Source: Hydrolagus colliei
Taxonomy: Eukaryota
Reading direction: 5' to 3'
DNA: 64,000 nt
Assembly: GCA_035084275.1 (NCBI GenBank)
Contig: CM068755.1
Coordinates: forward strand, 6,138,001 to 6,202,000
This document shows positions 37,878 to 52,061 of the stretch, piece after piece (within the stretch, counting starts at the first letter, position 1; each line of letters begins with the position of its first letter). Both the position numbers and the translations under genes were made by a program. The notes under the pieces are model-generated. The model was not told where the DNA came from. It saw only the letters and a program-made list of their open reading frames with translations, and searched no databases.

Positions 37878-40800
37878 AAGATATATGTGTGTGTGCGAAC
37901 GTATGTGTGAGAGCAGGCATGTGGTGCAAGTGGTCACTCTTGTGAAGGCGTCAAGGGTTTGAGAGTTGATTGATCCAAACATAGATATGTGTAAGTGTTG
38001 CGAGGATATTTGAAGCTCACTGAATGCGTGCACTCTGATGTTAGCTTTCTCCGTTGGGTTCAGTTGCTGTGCTGGTGTTGCTATGGAGATGACCTCTTTC
38101 CTGGGTGCGATTGAAGATGTTGGATTGCAGCAAGCAATTTGTGACAAGAATTTATAGAGAACAGTGTGTGGGGGGCGGGGGGGGGGGGGGGGGGGGAATG
38201 GGGGCTAGGGTGCAGCCCTACCCGCTTATTGGCTGGGACAGTGTAGAGTGACAACATTGTGGGGGAACTGGGAGGAGAGGATGTGCCAGGGACCAAGATA
38301 ACACACCCTGATAATACTGGAGAGTGTGTCTGTGTGTGTGTACACAGTCCTATTGTGTGTGTTCTCAAATGAATGTAACAGTTTATATCTACCCTGGTCC
38401 TCTATGCGCTGCTGTGCACATTTAAAATGAGAAATGCAGTACACCAGTTTGAAGGGAGATCAGAACATATTTCTTCACACACAGACAGGGCTGGGCTGTA
38501 AGAATGCAGAATATACTGCCCAGAAGGCAGTAAATGAAGAATCAATTAGGATGTTTTAAACGGATCTACAGACTCCCAGTGTATTGCAGACACCCTCTTA
38601 TACATTGGGTGGCCTATGGGACCTATCGTTGGCCTTGGGCATTAACTGGTTGGCTTCTGAAGAGCTAGAAAAAAATGGTCGGGTTAGCACTAACATCACT
38701 TCTGATGCGTGGAGTATGGGCAATGTGTTTAGGAAGTATCACTGATGTTATTTCATAAAGGATGGGACCAGGATGACTGACCTATAACTGGGTTGTCATA
38801 GACCGGTGCTTGAGAAGTAAGGACAAAAGTTGGAAAATAGAATTAAAGCATCTGCCACAATAGGTTCAGTAGACTGATTGGCCTCCTCCTATTCCCATGT
38901 TTCGGCTTGTTCAATAGCATGCTCTTGATTTTCAATTTTGCCCCATTTCTCCAGGTAAAATGCCACTGATAATCTTTTAATATTTAACAACCGCATACAG
39001 GACAATTATTATTACACACATTCTTGGTCACGCAACCCCATGAACAGGAAGCTTACAGTAATATGTGACAGGCATGGCCAGTGTTTATGGCTGTATAGCA
39101 TAAAACATATAAATCTTAAGCCCTTCAAACTGGCCTAAATTCAGCGATTGGGAAACTGACTAGAAGTAGAACCAGGCAGGCTGTTGAATTTCAGGGTTGC
39201 TCATAGACCCAGCTTTCCTCTGCCACGATTTTGTAAGATTTCTGATGAATAAATGTTTTGTTAAACTGGTTAAGCAGCAGAGTAACCACAAAACAAACAC
39301 ATGCTTGGCAGCCCGGGGATGATTTGAAAGTTGGCTGTGTGCTTTATTTGGAAATTAAGCAGCATGGGAGGCTGCTGGAGCCTCAATATATATTCAGAGT
39401 AACAGAGCCAGTAATGAACCTGGCTAGACTCCAAAGGAGAGTGTGGAGATTCCACTCACCAGTTTGACCACATTCATACAGAAGAGTTACACCAGCTGGG
39501 ATTGAATTGATGCTCAAGACAATTTTGCTTCTCATTTGTGTTTGAAATCCAGGCCCAGTTCTCTCTGATGATGAACACTGTCGTTTATTTGGTGACCGTA
39601 TACTCTATCCTGACTGTTTTAGGCTAGAATGAAACCAATCAGTGCTTGGTTAGAAACAGGGTACCCATCATCGCTCTTCTGTGTCTGCTGGTTAGAGTAC
39701 ATTTTGCAGTGCAGGAACTCTCCACAAATGTATTTTGATGGACCATGTCAGAAATTTACATATAATATAAATAATATACATACAATGTAATCTAAATATC
39801 ACAAATAATGCAGTCACTTCAATTTACAGTATATTGTGTGAAGTGCTTTGAGACGTCTACAAGACATAAAATGCAAGGATTATTATTAGAACATTCAGAT
39901 TGCTTTTGGGCTGGGTGGTGGTGGGGGCAAATGTGGGTTTAATGGGTGGTGGGGGAGGCGAGGGGGATGAAAGCATGCATTGTTTACTGGATGGGGGGGG
40001 GGGGGGGGTTATTTTATTATTATTTGTAATACTAATTTATTGCCATCTTTATCATTTCTATGTTAGGTAATATCTACACAACAACAACAATTTGTATTTG
40101 TATAGCGCCCTTCACACAGCTCCCAGATCACTTGCTCTTCTGCGTCTGCTGGTTAGAGTAAATTGTGCGTAGGGCGTGTGGCTCAATATTTCTTCTTCAT
40201 GGGGTGGGGGGGGTGGGGGGGTGGGGTGGGTGCATTCTGTTTTTGCTGCACTTTTCTCCCACCCAAGAAGCTGAAATTGTCAGCTAGGTACAGTAAAAGC
40301 CCGTTTATCCGGCACCCTCGGGACCTGGCCAATGCCGGTTAAAGGGCGTGCCGGATATTCGGCCAAAAACGCCCCCCCCAATGCATTTTTCCGGATAAAT
40401 ACCGGTTAATTGAATGCAGACTTTTTTTGCAATGCCGGTTATACGGAAGTTACGGTTGATCGGGTGCTTTTACTGTATTTTGTCAAGTTTCAGATCCAGT
40501 AACTGAGAGAATGGGCTGGATGCCTTTTTGCGGCGATCTCTCTCTTTTTGAAGGCTCAAGTCCTGAGCTGAAATTGATTATTCTTTCCATTCCCGTGATC
40601 TGCTTGAACTCCCGGGTGATTGACAGCTTTCTGCATTATTTACTGGGAACCGAGTTGCTGGATAGAGCAGTAAAGTGGATCAGCATCACAGCCTGGCGCT
40701 GGCTGTAATGGCAAGCTTCTTTTGTACTTGAGGTGCTGTACAATCCTGGCCTCATATTTGTGGTAGGGAAATAGTGTCTCGTGTTCCTCTCAGAGCCAGC

Positions 40801-43800
40801 TTGTCTTTGAGTCCCAGAATCGGGCTAGGATGCATTGTGCGGTAATTCAGAACAGAGGATTGCTGTGTGCCAGATATTCAGATCTCTGGAGCCTTTACAA
40901 ATCCCACTAGTGAGATTTGGATACATTAGTTTAAATAAAGATGCCTAAAGATGTTATCATGGGATCGATAAGCTGTTTGTCAGAGCCTAAGGTGTCCCAT
41001 GGGGTGGGGGTGCTTGCTGCTGTGGGAGTTGGGAGGAGGGTGTAGAGGTGGAGGTGCCTGTGGTGGTGGAGGAGTTGGTACCTGGTGTGGTGTGCCCAAG
41101 CAGTGTTGTATACATGTAGGTACTGTGTACACACAACTGTGGCTGTTGCTTGCAAGTAAGTAGGTAGCTTCCCAGAGTGCTTTACTGATATGAAACGATA
41201 TTGGATAGGAGAATTTGTTTTTACTCAGACTGTTGTTGAGGAGATGGAAATTCTTGCCCAAATACTGGTTCGAAGCAGGAACCATAATAGCTTTCGGAGG
41301 GGAAATCAACACAAATTTGAAAAGTGGAGTTTTAAGGTGTATATGGAAGAGATAGGATTGAATACATACCACTTTTAGAGGCTCAGCGCAGAAACTAATA
41401 CTGTGCATATATTGGTATCCAACACCTTGGGATGTCCTCCTGACGTGAAAGGCGCTATCCAAATGTAATTTTGTTGTTGATGCTAGGAAACCCCATTGCT
41501 GATATGAAATAAGAAATGATAGTTGTGTTTGCAATCTTGTAAATTCTCCACTTAGTGGTTTGTGCTGCATCTATCTTGGTGGATGGGTGCAATTTTTAAT
41601 AAATACTTTCTGATATTGCAGCGTAACTTTAAATTGCAAATTGGAGTCTGTGGGCAAATAAATAGTTGGTATTCTACTGTAAGGTCCCCTTGTTGGCTTT
41701 GTGATTAAAGGCATTACCTTGTATACAACTGAGATACATATACACATCAGGCAGGACTCTGGTTCATTCCCGTGTCAAGTTACCAGAGATTTCAGCTGGA
41801 GCAGCGTTTGAGATGCTGCTATTGATTTCGGGTCTACTCATGTTTCTGCTTACTGTGACTGACCCCTCCCCAGCCCCCTTTTGTTTGTGCTAATAGATGC
41901 AGGTGTACGAACTTTAGGAAAGAGCAGGAACAGGTTCTGATATGTGGAGTCCTATAGCTCAGCGGTTAGATCACTCGCCTTACATGCAAGAGATTCCCGG
42001 CAGGGTGAAACCTTTGCCAAGTTTCCTTACTCCACACGCCTGATAATAATCCCTCTCAAAAAAAAATTTGGTTGACTCAATCCATGGCTGATTGTGGGAC
42101 ACTGCTGTGCGCGATTGGCTGCCACGTTTCGCCCACAAATATACAATCAATTCATTTTACAGTATATTCTGTGAAGCGCTTTGAGACGTCTTATTATGAC
42201 TATGTGCCCCCCACATCCATTAAATAGGTTCCGACATTTTCTCACTAGGTTTGCATGTGCAAAATGGCCATACCCCTTGACACTTCAGGACCGGAGGAGG
42301 TAAAGTTCTAACGGACTTACTGAGTTGCATGAATTTGACCAATTCAAATTGGCTTGCTGCAGTAGTACCTTTGGAAAATGCCTGTCCCCCAGTAGTTACA
42401 TTACTGGTGAAAACAGTAGCAGTTTCTCAGTCAGTGTCATCTTTAAGTGTGTATCTGCAAAAAATGTGATTGGTAACTTTTTTTTTCTTCCCCCTTCCTA
42501 CCTCTCAGGTTTTCCTCGATTCAGCAGTCAGCCCAAAGCGAGCTCTGTGCATCAGGGAGACAGCACCCTTCTGAACTGTGAGGTAAATGCTGACCTTGGC
42601 CCCTTTGTGAGGTGGGAGCATAACCGTCAGCCCGTGGCCCTGGAAGGGAAGTTTCTGCAGCTGCCCAACGGAGCTCTGGAGATCAGCAATGCCTCGGACA
42701 GCGTGGCTGGATCATACCGCTGCATTGTGGAGACTGCTGGTTCATTCAAAATCAGCGAGGAAGCACAGCTTGACGTTTTACCCGGTAATTTGGCATTGAT
42801 TGATGTGATATTTGCCCTGAAATACATCCTTGCGCTTGCCTCAAATGAAGTGGTTTGCCTACAAACACATTACTGTTGTTGTTATTATTATTTTTACTAT
42901 AACTCTCACAGTCCCTGATCTGCTGAACCCAAATTAATAATCTTTGAGTCTGTTAATTGGGATATTAATTGAGATTTGCATAACTCCACTGTGAGAGTTA
43001 CAGTGGTAGTAATTGTCCTTCCCTTTGGTATAACGACTATAAAGGTTGTAAATTGATTCATTGCTGTACTGCCTGAGGATGCTGGTGGTTACAGATGGTA
43101 AAAATGAGAGACGCAGGAACGTTCAGTTTTGGTATCTCACTCATTTAAGTTCTCCTTTTTGCTGCAGAGACGGGTGTAGAGCGAAAGCTGCTGTTTCTTC
43201 AGGAAGCTGTCTCTTTGAACAAACTTACAGGTCAGACTGTAGTGTTACCGTGTGTCGTCTCTGGCTATCCGACACCCACCATTACTTGGACTAAGAATGA
43301 GGACAGCATCACAGAAAGGTCTGTATATTGTATACATTTGTGTCAGGATAGAGAATTAGGGGGATAAAAGAATGTATGTGGTGTGGGAAGGGGAGAATGT
43401 GTGTGTGTCTGTGTGGTGTGGGAATAGGTTGGAGTGAGTAGCAGGGGTTGGAGGTGTATGTGTGAAGGGCCGACTGACTGAGAGTAAGGGTTACAGAGAG
43501 CAAGCGGTGAATGGTAATCTGGCAATCAATAGGGAAGATTTTATCATTTCTAAAGCACTTGGTAGATATCTGTAATCATTCATGTTTAATGTTGCATGTG
43601 TTGTTTCAAATTGTCTATAGAGTCAGCTCAGCTCCTTAATCATTTGCATCAGGGCACCTATATGTATCAACAACAAAAGTAAAATTACATTTATATAGCG
43701 CCTTTCACGTCGGGAGAACGTCCCAAGGCGCTGAGCGGTCAGTGTTTCGGACCCGAGCTGGGCTCGGCATCAGGCAGGATGGAGGGTAACTGAAGGCTTG

Positions 43801-46800
43801 GTCGAAGAGGAGGGTCTTGAGAAGGGGCTTGAAGGAGAAAATGGAGGGGGAGAGGCAGAAGAATTGTGGGATGGAGTTTCAGAAGGTTGTGGCAGAGTAG
43901 CAGAAAAACCTGCCCACCAATGGTGTTTTTAGGCGGCAGGGAGCTTGAAGCAGGCCGGAGCCCACTGTGGGGGGACCGAGCAGGTTGGTGGAGAGAGGTT
44001 GCAGAGGTTGAGTGGAGCAAGGCCATGGAGGGCTTTGAAGATGAGGAACAGGATCTTGAACTGTATCCCTTGCGTGATGGGAAGCCAGTGGAATCGGGCG
44101 AGGATAGGGGTGATAGGGTCGCGGAGCTTAGTATGGTAGAGGACATGGACTGTAGAGTTCTGGATGATCTGCAGCCTGAGTTGGGAGGCTAACAAGCAGG
44201 GAGTTTGCATAGTTGAGCCTGGATGTTATGAATGTGTGTGTATAAGGGTCTCTGCAGCCTGCTGTGCAAAAGCTGGGCTGGGCGATGTTGTGGAGGTGGG
44301 GGGGAAAGCAGTAAGTTTAATGAAATATGTCAAACAAATAACCAGTTATTAAAGTTAATGAGAATGATTTGTAATTCAGCATTATTGTTTGATTAGCTAG
44401 TAACTTTTGTTTAGATCACATCAGTTAGGTCTTAAGGGGAGATGCATCAGAATACTTTCTCAGGCAGAACGACTGCTTTGTACCTGGGTCTTCCCGACGG
44501 GCACTATACAAATGTAATTTTGTTGTTATTGACTCTGGGTGTTGTTGATCGGAATAGATGATGCAGAACAGCTTTTGGCCACTTTATTGTTAGAATTGAG
44601 GACTCATTTCTTACTATCAAATGTCAGGTGTCTGGCCCTTAATCCTCGTACAGCAGAGCTCAACAATGAAGTCCTAGTCAGTGACTGAGCCATTAGAGCA
44701 GTTGGATCTACCATGTTCCAAAGGCTCTCAACTTCAGAACGCTTGTTAACACTTTTTCTTCAACGTAACACAATAGAATAGAGCTCAGTAAATAAAGGAC
44801 TACTTACTGCAACTGCCATGGCTAGAACTGGTTGAGAACCGAGAGGTTAAGGGGTGACCTGATGGAAGCCTTCATTATTCGGAACAGAAATAGATTTTTT
44901 GACGAATTTAAGATCATCTCGAAACACAGAAGAACGGAAAATATTTCTTTATACATAGCTCGGTAGGCATGTAGAATTCTCCACCACAAATTGTTGTGGC
45001 AACATCGATAAATTATTTAAATACGTTATTCAGAAGTTATTGGAAGAGGAGGAAGGGTGAGGGGAGTTAGCAAAAGAGTGGGATTGGACTCGGTAGCTTA
45101 CGCAGTGTAGATTTCATGGCTCAGCGCCCTTCATAGCCCTGCTCCACCCTACCTCTGTGGCCTCCTACCCTCTACCAACCTATCCGCTCCCTGCATTCAG
45201 CGGGCTCCAGCCTGCTTCATGTCCCTTGCCACCTGCCTCATCATTGGCGGGCAATCCTTCAGCCACTCTGCCTCCAACCTTTGGAATTCCATCCCGCAAT
45301 CCCTCCGCCTCGCCCCCACCCTAGCCTCCTTCACATCCAACCTCAAGACCCTCCTCTTCGACCGTGCTATCACTCACCACCCTTTGCTCCACCCTCCCTG
45401 ATCCCGACCCCAGGCTCAGGTCCGAAACACTGATTGTCCAGCGCCTGGGGATGTCCTCCAGATCTGAGTGGCGCAATACAAATGTAATTTTATTGTTGTT
45501 GTCAAATGACCTTGCTGTAACAAACATCCTGTGATTCTAGGAGCGAGACCCCCAACATCAATCTGCAGTGTCTGGAGCAGAGGGTAGAAAGAGTAGAATG
45601 AAAGTGCAAGAAAACAGCAGTTTATGAGTCATTGTAGTTGAAGGGTAGGCTGTAAATTGTTAATTTGCTGAACAATTTGGATCAGAGTGTTTTTTCGTGT
45701 TGGCAAAGGGCTGAGGTAGGTAATGACTGTGTCCCAAAGCCAGACAGACATTGATTGTAAGGTCAGAGCTCCTGCCGTAGATTATCACACTTGTGGGTGG
45801 GGACCGGGGGAGTTTCAGCTGCTTTAGGTGTTACTGGAAACCACATAAACAGGGATTCTATCAGATAAACTAAAAAAAACACAGTGATTTATGGCTGCTT
45901 TCTGGTAGAAATGTGTGTGATTTACTGTGAGTCAGTAAAGTGATAAATTGTACTGGAACTGAGCTAATAAAGTATAGATATCTTGGGTGTTAGAAGATGG
46001 CAAATAAAGATTGCTTTCCAATCAGACTCTGGCTGCTCACTGCACACACGTGTCCGTGTTTGTAATCCAATCGTCAGGAGGCACACTTGCAAAATGCAGA
46101 GCAATCTGAATGGGTCAGGGAGGTTGGCTGGTGTGCGAGCACTTTACGTTAATGTCTGCTTATTGCTCAGCCTGAACACCGGGACCTGCAGAACTGGTGT
46201 GTCGCCAGCCACCTTGTAATACGAGACAAACCAAATAAATGCAGAATGTGTTATGTGCACGGATTTAGACTATTAACTCCACAGCATGTTAGTTTTACAT
46301 TTGTCCTACATTGTGCTGCTCTGTGTGGTGTGCATAACAGTGTTTCTCTGGCCCCTGGTCTCTAACTGCCCCCTTGCACAGATAATGAGTCCCAGCTTTC
46401 TGGCAGGATTCTCTCTTCTACCCCTTACTGGCTGCCGTCTCCAGTTGACATATTTTTGCTGAGAGTCATGTTGAAATCTGGTGAAAGGCTGCATTTAGAC
46501 AATCTGTGCACTGCCCTGTCTTAACTAACCCCTGAGCACAGACATCAAAATATCTGCATGGTGGGGACAAAGTCCCACGTAGAACATGCTCATCATGTAT
46601 TTGGCAAACACAATCTGTACTACCTGTTCTAGCTGGCTGCAAGCAGCCTCTGTACTAGAGGAACATTAAGCAGGGGAAAGAGCCCTGGAGCGGTTCTGAT
46701 TCAAACAAAAGCCGCACCAAGCAAGTGAGCCAAGTTCCCGCAGCAAGCCCAGCTTTGATTAATCTGTCTCTGTCTACGTCAGGGCTTTTTGGTGAGATCT

Positions 46801-49800
46801 GGATACTATTAGGATAAAGTTTAATTACAGAGCAACTTCATGAAATTAAAAGCATTTTCTCATTGCCACTAAACTGTGGTCTGGGAGTTTATTTTCAGTG
46901 CTTTTTTTTATATCACAAAAATTGTCCTAAATCCAGTTACTTTTGTGCCAACTACTTAACAATGCACGTAGTCAAATAAATTAAATGCAGGAAGTTTAAC
47001 TTTCGACTGGTAATGTTTTTCCATCCTCACTTCGTTTTTTCAACAACAAAAAAACTCCTGTCTGACCAGCCCATCCTGCTAAGCTCTCTCCCTCCTGTAC
47101 GTTTACGCCTTTCCATTAGGAAGGGCTGACTACAGCAACTAATTGTTTCATTGAGAGATTGATTATCTAAGGCCCAAAATTCCACCTGATCTTAGCCCTG
47201 TAAGACAGTAAATAACTGTGAGCTTGTGTAATTATTACATGCATGTTTGCGTATCCTGACTTACGTTTCGCCCACAAAATATACAGTCAATTCACTTTAC
47301 AGTATATTCTGTGAAGCGCTTTGAGACGTCTCGAAGACACGATAAGCCGCTATATCAGATGCAAGAATAATTATTACAGCATAAGAGATGTTGGTGGTTT
47401 CAATCCTTGATAGACTCTATCAAGGATTGACAATAATGACAATAACAGAGACACGCAAGAATATTCTTTCATTCTTTGCCGTATTGCCCCCACACAAGGA
47501 TCCTGACTTGGAATATACAAAATTCCAACTCTTGCTTTCCATCATAAAAATGGATACCTTTATATTGTTCGTAACCCTGGGTTTATCAGTATGCTCTTGA
47601 AGAGCACTTATACAGTACCTTTCACATAGGTGTAAGTCTGAAAGAACATTGCAGCGATGGAGTGGATCCTGAACTGGATGAGAGAAGGGTATGGGGAGAG
47701 GCAGAGGGGTCTGGGGAGGGCAAAGTGTTGAAAACTTGGAGGACGAGTGCAGGAGAAGACATGGTCAGAATTTTTTTGCACTAATAACATAGAGGCCTGA
47801 GGTATAGGATTCAGATGGCAATGTTATAATGTCATGTGTTTTGTTCTTTGAATTCATGTGTCTATTTTCTAGCTCTGGTAGATATAAGAATGAACAAGGG
47901 CACTCTTTATCTGGGGGATAAATAGTGCATTTTCTTCAAGTGGTAGTGTTCTTCGGGGTGGGGGTAGATTGCAGAGTAAATGAAGACTTTCTGAGTATAA
48001 GCTGATCCTGGTGTTTCCTGCTGGACTTGCGTTTAATTGGCTTTTATCATGTTTTTTTTGATTATCTCCTCTTCCGAACAGTGATGCCTTCCAGCGCTCG
48101 GCTTTCGTTGGTGGCGGGAGTCTGAGGATCAATGATGTAACAGAAGAAGATGCTGGAATGTATACGTGTGTTGCACAGAATGAAAATGAAACCTTGGAGA
48201 TCCAGGCAGAACTGAACGTTCAAGGTACCGATAAGCTTGGGTGGGAGTGTGTGTGTGTGTGAGAGAGATAGAGCGCGAGAGGTAATGGGGTATCCAAAAA
48301 TACACAAATTAATTCAAATGAGATCTGACCAGGGTTTTCTACAACTGTAACTCACTTTCTTTGTTTTATATTCCAGCCCAATTATGATAAAGGCCAATGG
48401 GTTTGATGCATTTTTGTACCTGTGAATTGACCTTTAGTGATCTGTGAACCTTTTTGCTCTTCCACACCACCTAATACTTTTCTCATTTAGTTTTCTTTAG
48501 CCAAAGTGTGCTACCTCACATTTTCCAAAATTAAACTTTTATCTACTGTAGCTCAGTCCATTCACTTAGTATATTTATAAAGAAAATATACTGTTTACTG
48601 TTGATAATTTTTCAGTATCTTCCCCACCCGAACTTGTCACTTGACCGCTCTCCCTCCCTCCCTCCCTGAAGGTATGCTACCTCCTCACTCTGCGGGGTGA
48701 GAGTTGAAGTGATTGAATTGGTCAGCAATAATTGTGTTGCTCACTTAGCAGAAGTGCTGGTAATTTGATAAGCTGACTCCCTCTCAGTCACTGCAATGCT
48801 CAGCATTTCTCTATGTAACCACTTGGAACTGCATCAATTTGTCACTGAATGGCAAGGAGATTGCTCAGTGGCGATTACTGCCTGCTTGGGCTATCATTTT
48901 GATTTGAGGATTGATAAATTTTCAGATGGCTACGGCTCTTTAAGCAAAACCCACTCACGAGATTGTAGGGAACGGCGATATGGGAATTTTCCGGATATGG
49001 ATATATCGGTTGGCTCATATCGAGATATACCGAAATATCGATATTTTCTGTTTTTTCGTAATGCGCACGCGCATTCCGGGTGCGTGCGCATTCGGGGCCT
49101 ATCTTCTCAGGAGGTAAATATATTTATCTCTCTGTGTCTCTCACTCTCTCCATCTCTGTGTTTTTCTGTCTGTGTCTCTCTATGTCTCTCTCCCTCTCTC
49201 CTCTCTCACATCCCCCCCCATCTCTATCTATCTGTATATTATCACATCCACCCCTTCTCTCTCCCCCCCACCCCCCGCCGTCCCTCTCTCGCACCCCCCC
49301 CCCCCCCCAGCCGTCTCTCTCCCCCTCCCCCCAGCCGTCTCTCTCCCCCTCCCCCCAGCCGTCTCTCTCCCCCTCCCCCCAGCCGTCTCTCTCCCCCTCC
49401 CCCCAGCCGTCTCTCTCCCCCTCTCCTCCCCCCCCCCCCCCCCAGCCGTCTCTCTCCCCTCTCCCCCTCCCCAAGCCGTCTCTCTCCCCTCTCCCCCCCC
49501 CTAGCCGTCTATCTCCTCCCTCCCCCAGCCGTCTCTCTCCCACTCCCCCCCCAGCCGTCTCTCTCCCCCTCTCCCCCCCCCAGCCGTCTATCTCCCCCAC
49601 CCCCCAGCCGTCTCTCTCCCCCTCACCCCCCCCCCCACAGCCGTCTCTCTCCCCCCACCCCTTGCATACCTGTATATTGTATTCGAGGACTATGAATACA
49701 TAGTCCTTTGCACCTCGGTCTGTGCATTGTGTATAGAGATGAGCATTCTGGGTCTTGTAGTTGATTGTGCTCGCATCCCAATTTTTTACCTCGATATACA

Positions 49801-52025
49801 GTTTTTCGATATACCGATATTTTTAAAATGTCTATATCGGCATATCGATATGAAAATCATATCGGGTTTTAGCGATATACCGATATATCGCCGTTCCCTA
49901 CGAGATTGTTGGTCTGTGGCAATGTCCGTTCTCTCCAAACGTTTCAGGAACTATCTCCCAAGCCCAAATCCCTCTTGGCTGCTTTCAAATTCCGCCAAAT
50001 AAGATTCCCAGTTTGCAGACGAAAGGGAGGAAAGGTGAGGGCAGGGGTAAGATGTCTAATACAGAATAGAACTGCAGACTAACCTCCACCATAGATCTTG
50101 CGACTCTTCTAGGAACTAATGATATGGGGTACCAAGTCTCACCCTCTAGACTCGAGTGGACTCCAGTTCTTTCCTGTACAGATAGGAAGCAACAGCTGGG
50201 CACAGACATTAGACAAGCAGTCTTACAACCCAGGAGAATAGAAACACTGGGTCTGGCTGGAACAAGCAAGTGCAGCAAGTGTACAACAATTCCTTTTGTT
50301 ACAGGGCCTTTGTCCACCAGAGGTTCCTTAAACTTGCTCTCCACCCCCACCCCCCCCCCCCCCAACTCTCCATGTTTGCAGCAGGTGTCTCAGATGTTGT
50401 AATGATTTTTACATAAATAAGTAATTAGTTGTCACAGCAACAGACCTTCCCAACTATTAAAACCAGATCAAGACTGAAAACCATTTAGTAAATGAGTAAA
50501 TCAAGCAGTTCAGTCTTACATATATTCCCATTCAATTATCGGGATGCAGCAAGTGGCGAGCTGCCCAGTGGGAGATGGCCTAGAGGGAGAGAGAGACACA
50601 CGCACACTGTGAGACTGGCTAGAGAAAGAGAGACTGACACACGCACACCGTGAGACTGGCTTGAGAGAGAGAGAGAGACACGCACATACACTCGAGGCTA
50701 CCTGGAGAGAGATGTACATTGAGTAGGCTAATGGAGCAGGAAAGATAAACCGTGCTCCATTGTTGTTACTATCAAAATATTAGAGTTCATATTAATAACC
50801 ACAACAAAATTACACTTGAATAGTTACACTTTCACGTCAGGAGGACGTTCCAAGGCTGGACAGACACTGCTTCAGACCCCAGCTGTCTGTTTCAGCCAAG
50901 CACTGCCACACTCGACCTGAGTCAGTGACCTATCTGCCGCCAATACCCCACAACCCATGCCTTTCCCCCACATTTGCTTCTCCTGCTGCCGCTCAAACTG
51001 GTGCTCGGCAGATGAATCCCTAAAATGTTTCCTTAATTTGGGATTGGTGTTCCAGTGGAGTGGGGCTGCAGTAACTGCTGATGATATAAACCTCACTAGT
51101 GAAAGAACGCAGTAGATGTAATGCACTTGATATTATTCTATCCCTGCAGCTCCTCCGCGCTTTCTGAAGGGTCCAGACAATATTTATGCTCGAGAGTCCA
51201 TGGACATCATCTTTGAGTGTGAGGTGACAGGAAAACCTACACCAACCGTGAAATGGATCAAGAATGGAGATGTGGTGATTCCGAGCGATTATTTTAAGAT
51301 TGTTGTAAGTACTCTTGGGATATTCTTCTCTCATGTATCACGGCTCGGGCACATACAACCCTCTCTCCAGCAGCTTCTACAACACACCTGCTGTAGGGCT
51401 GTTAGGAATGATCAATCGCTTTCACTTCTGTCCTATTTCTGTGATGCTTCTTGTTAGCAGAGTGCTCTCCCATGTTGGAAGTCCTTTAGCAAGCTTGGAA
51501 ACTGTGATCTGGCGCCACTTAACAGCACATCACGAAAAGTAAAATGCTTTTCTAAAGAGTTACTTTGGCAGTAAGGTGTAGACTTAATGAGGGAGTGTGA
51601 ACTGTTACAGGCATTAAAAGGAGGATTGGAAATGCATTTATAACTAATGTGTGAGGGCCACATGTATGTCAGATCTTATTCCTTCTGTAGTGTTGCTGTA
51701 GCATGCAACAGTGCAAAGAATGGCAAGAACTATACAAGCCAATCTCCAACATCCGAGCATCTGCAGTAATCTGTTTGCGTTCCAGGACAGCTCAACATGT
51801 ACATGTTCCAGTACAGCTAAAATCCACATGCACTTCACTTCCCCTCAATGTCTAGTAATCGGTACAAGTCTATATTGTACCCGAATGTACAGTAATATTC
51901 CTCAACATGTACTAATCTGTACATGGGTTTGTCAAAATATTAGAGTCCGTACACCAAAATTGCACGATTTCCTTGAATCCACTCATTTTGATTCAGTCTA
52001 TCTTTTATGTTTGTGTATATATGTA

Positions 52026-52061
<36 letters not shown>

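Noticed and set aside
40980-41570. 196-aa minus-strand ORF
   Set aside because: No recognisable domain; it spans an L2 tail and low-complexity sequence and is probably a chance ORF.
48091-48095. Alternative acceptor ccttccag|C inside exon 5
   Set aside because: It lies 13 nt downstream of 48082 and would shift the frame out of the Ig3 sequence.
48796-49703. Long Pro-rich ORFs (299, 207, 158 and 110 aa)
   Set aside because: They are translations of the stop-free 24-bp minisatellite and CT tract inside the hAT MITE, with no transposase motifs.
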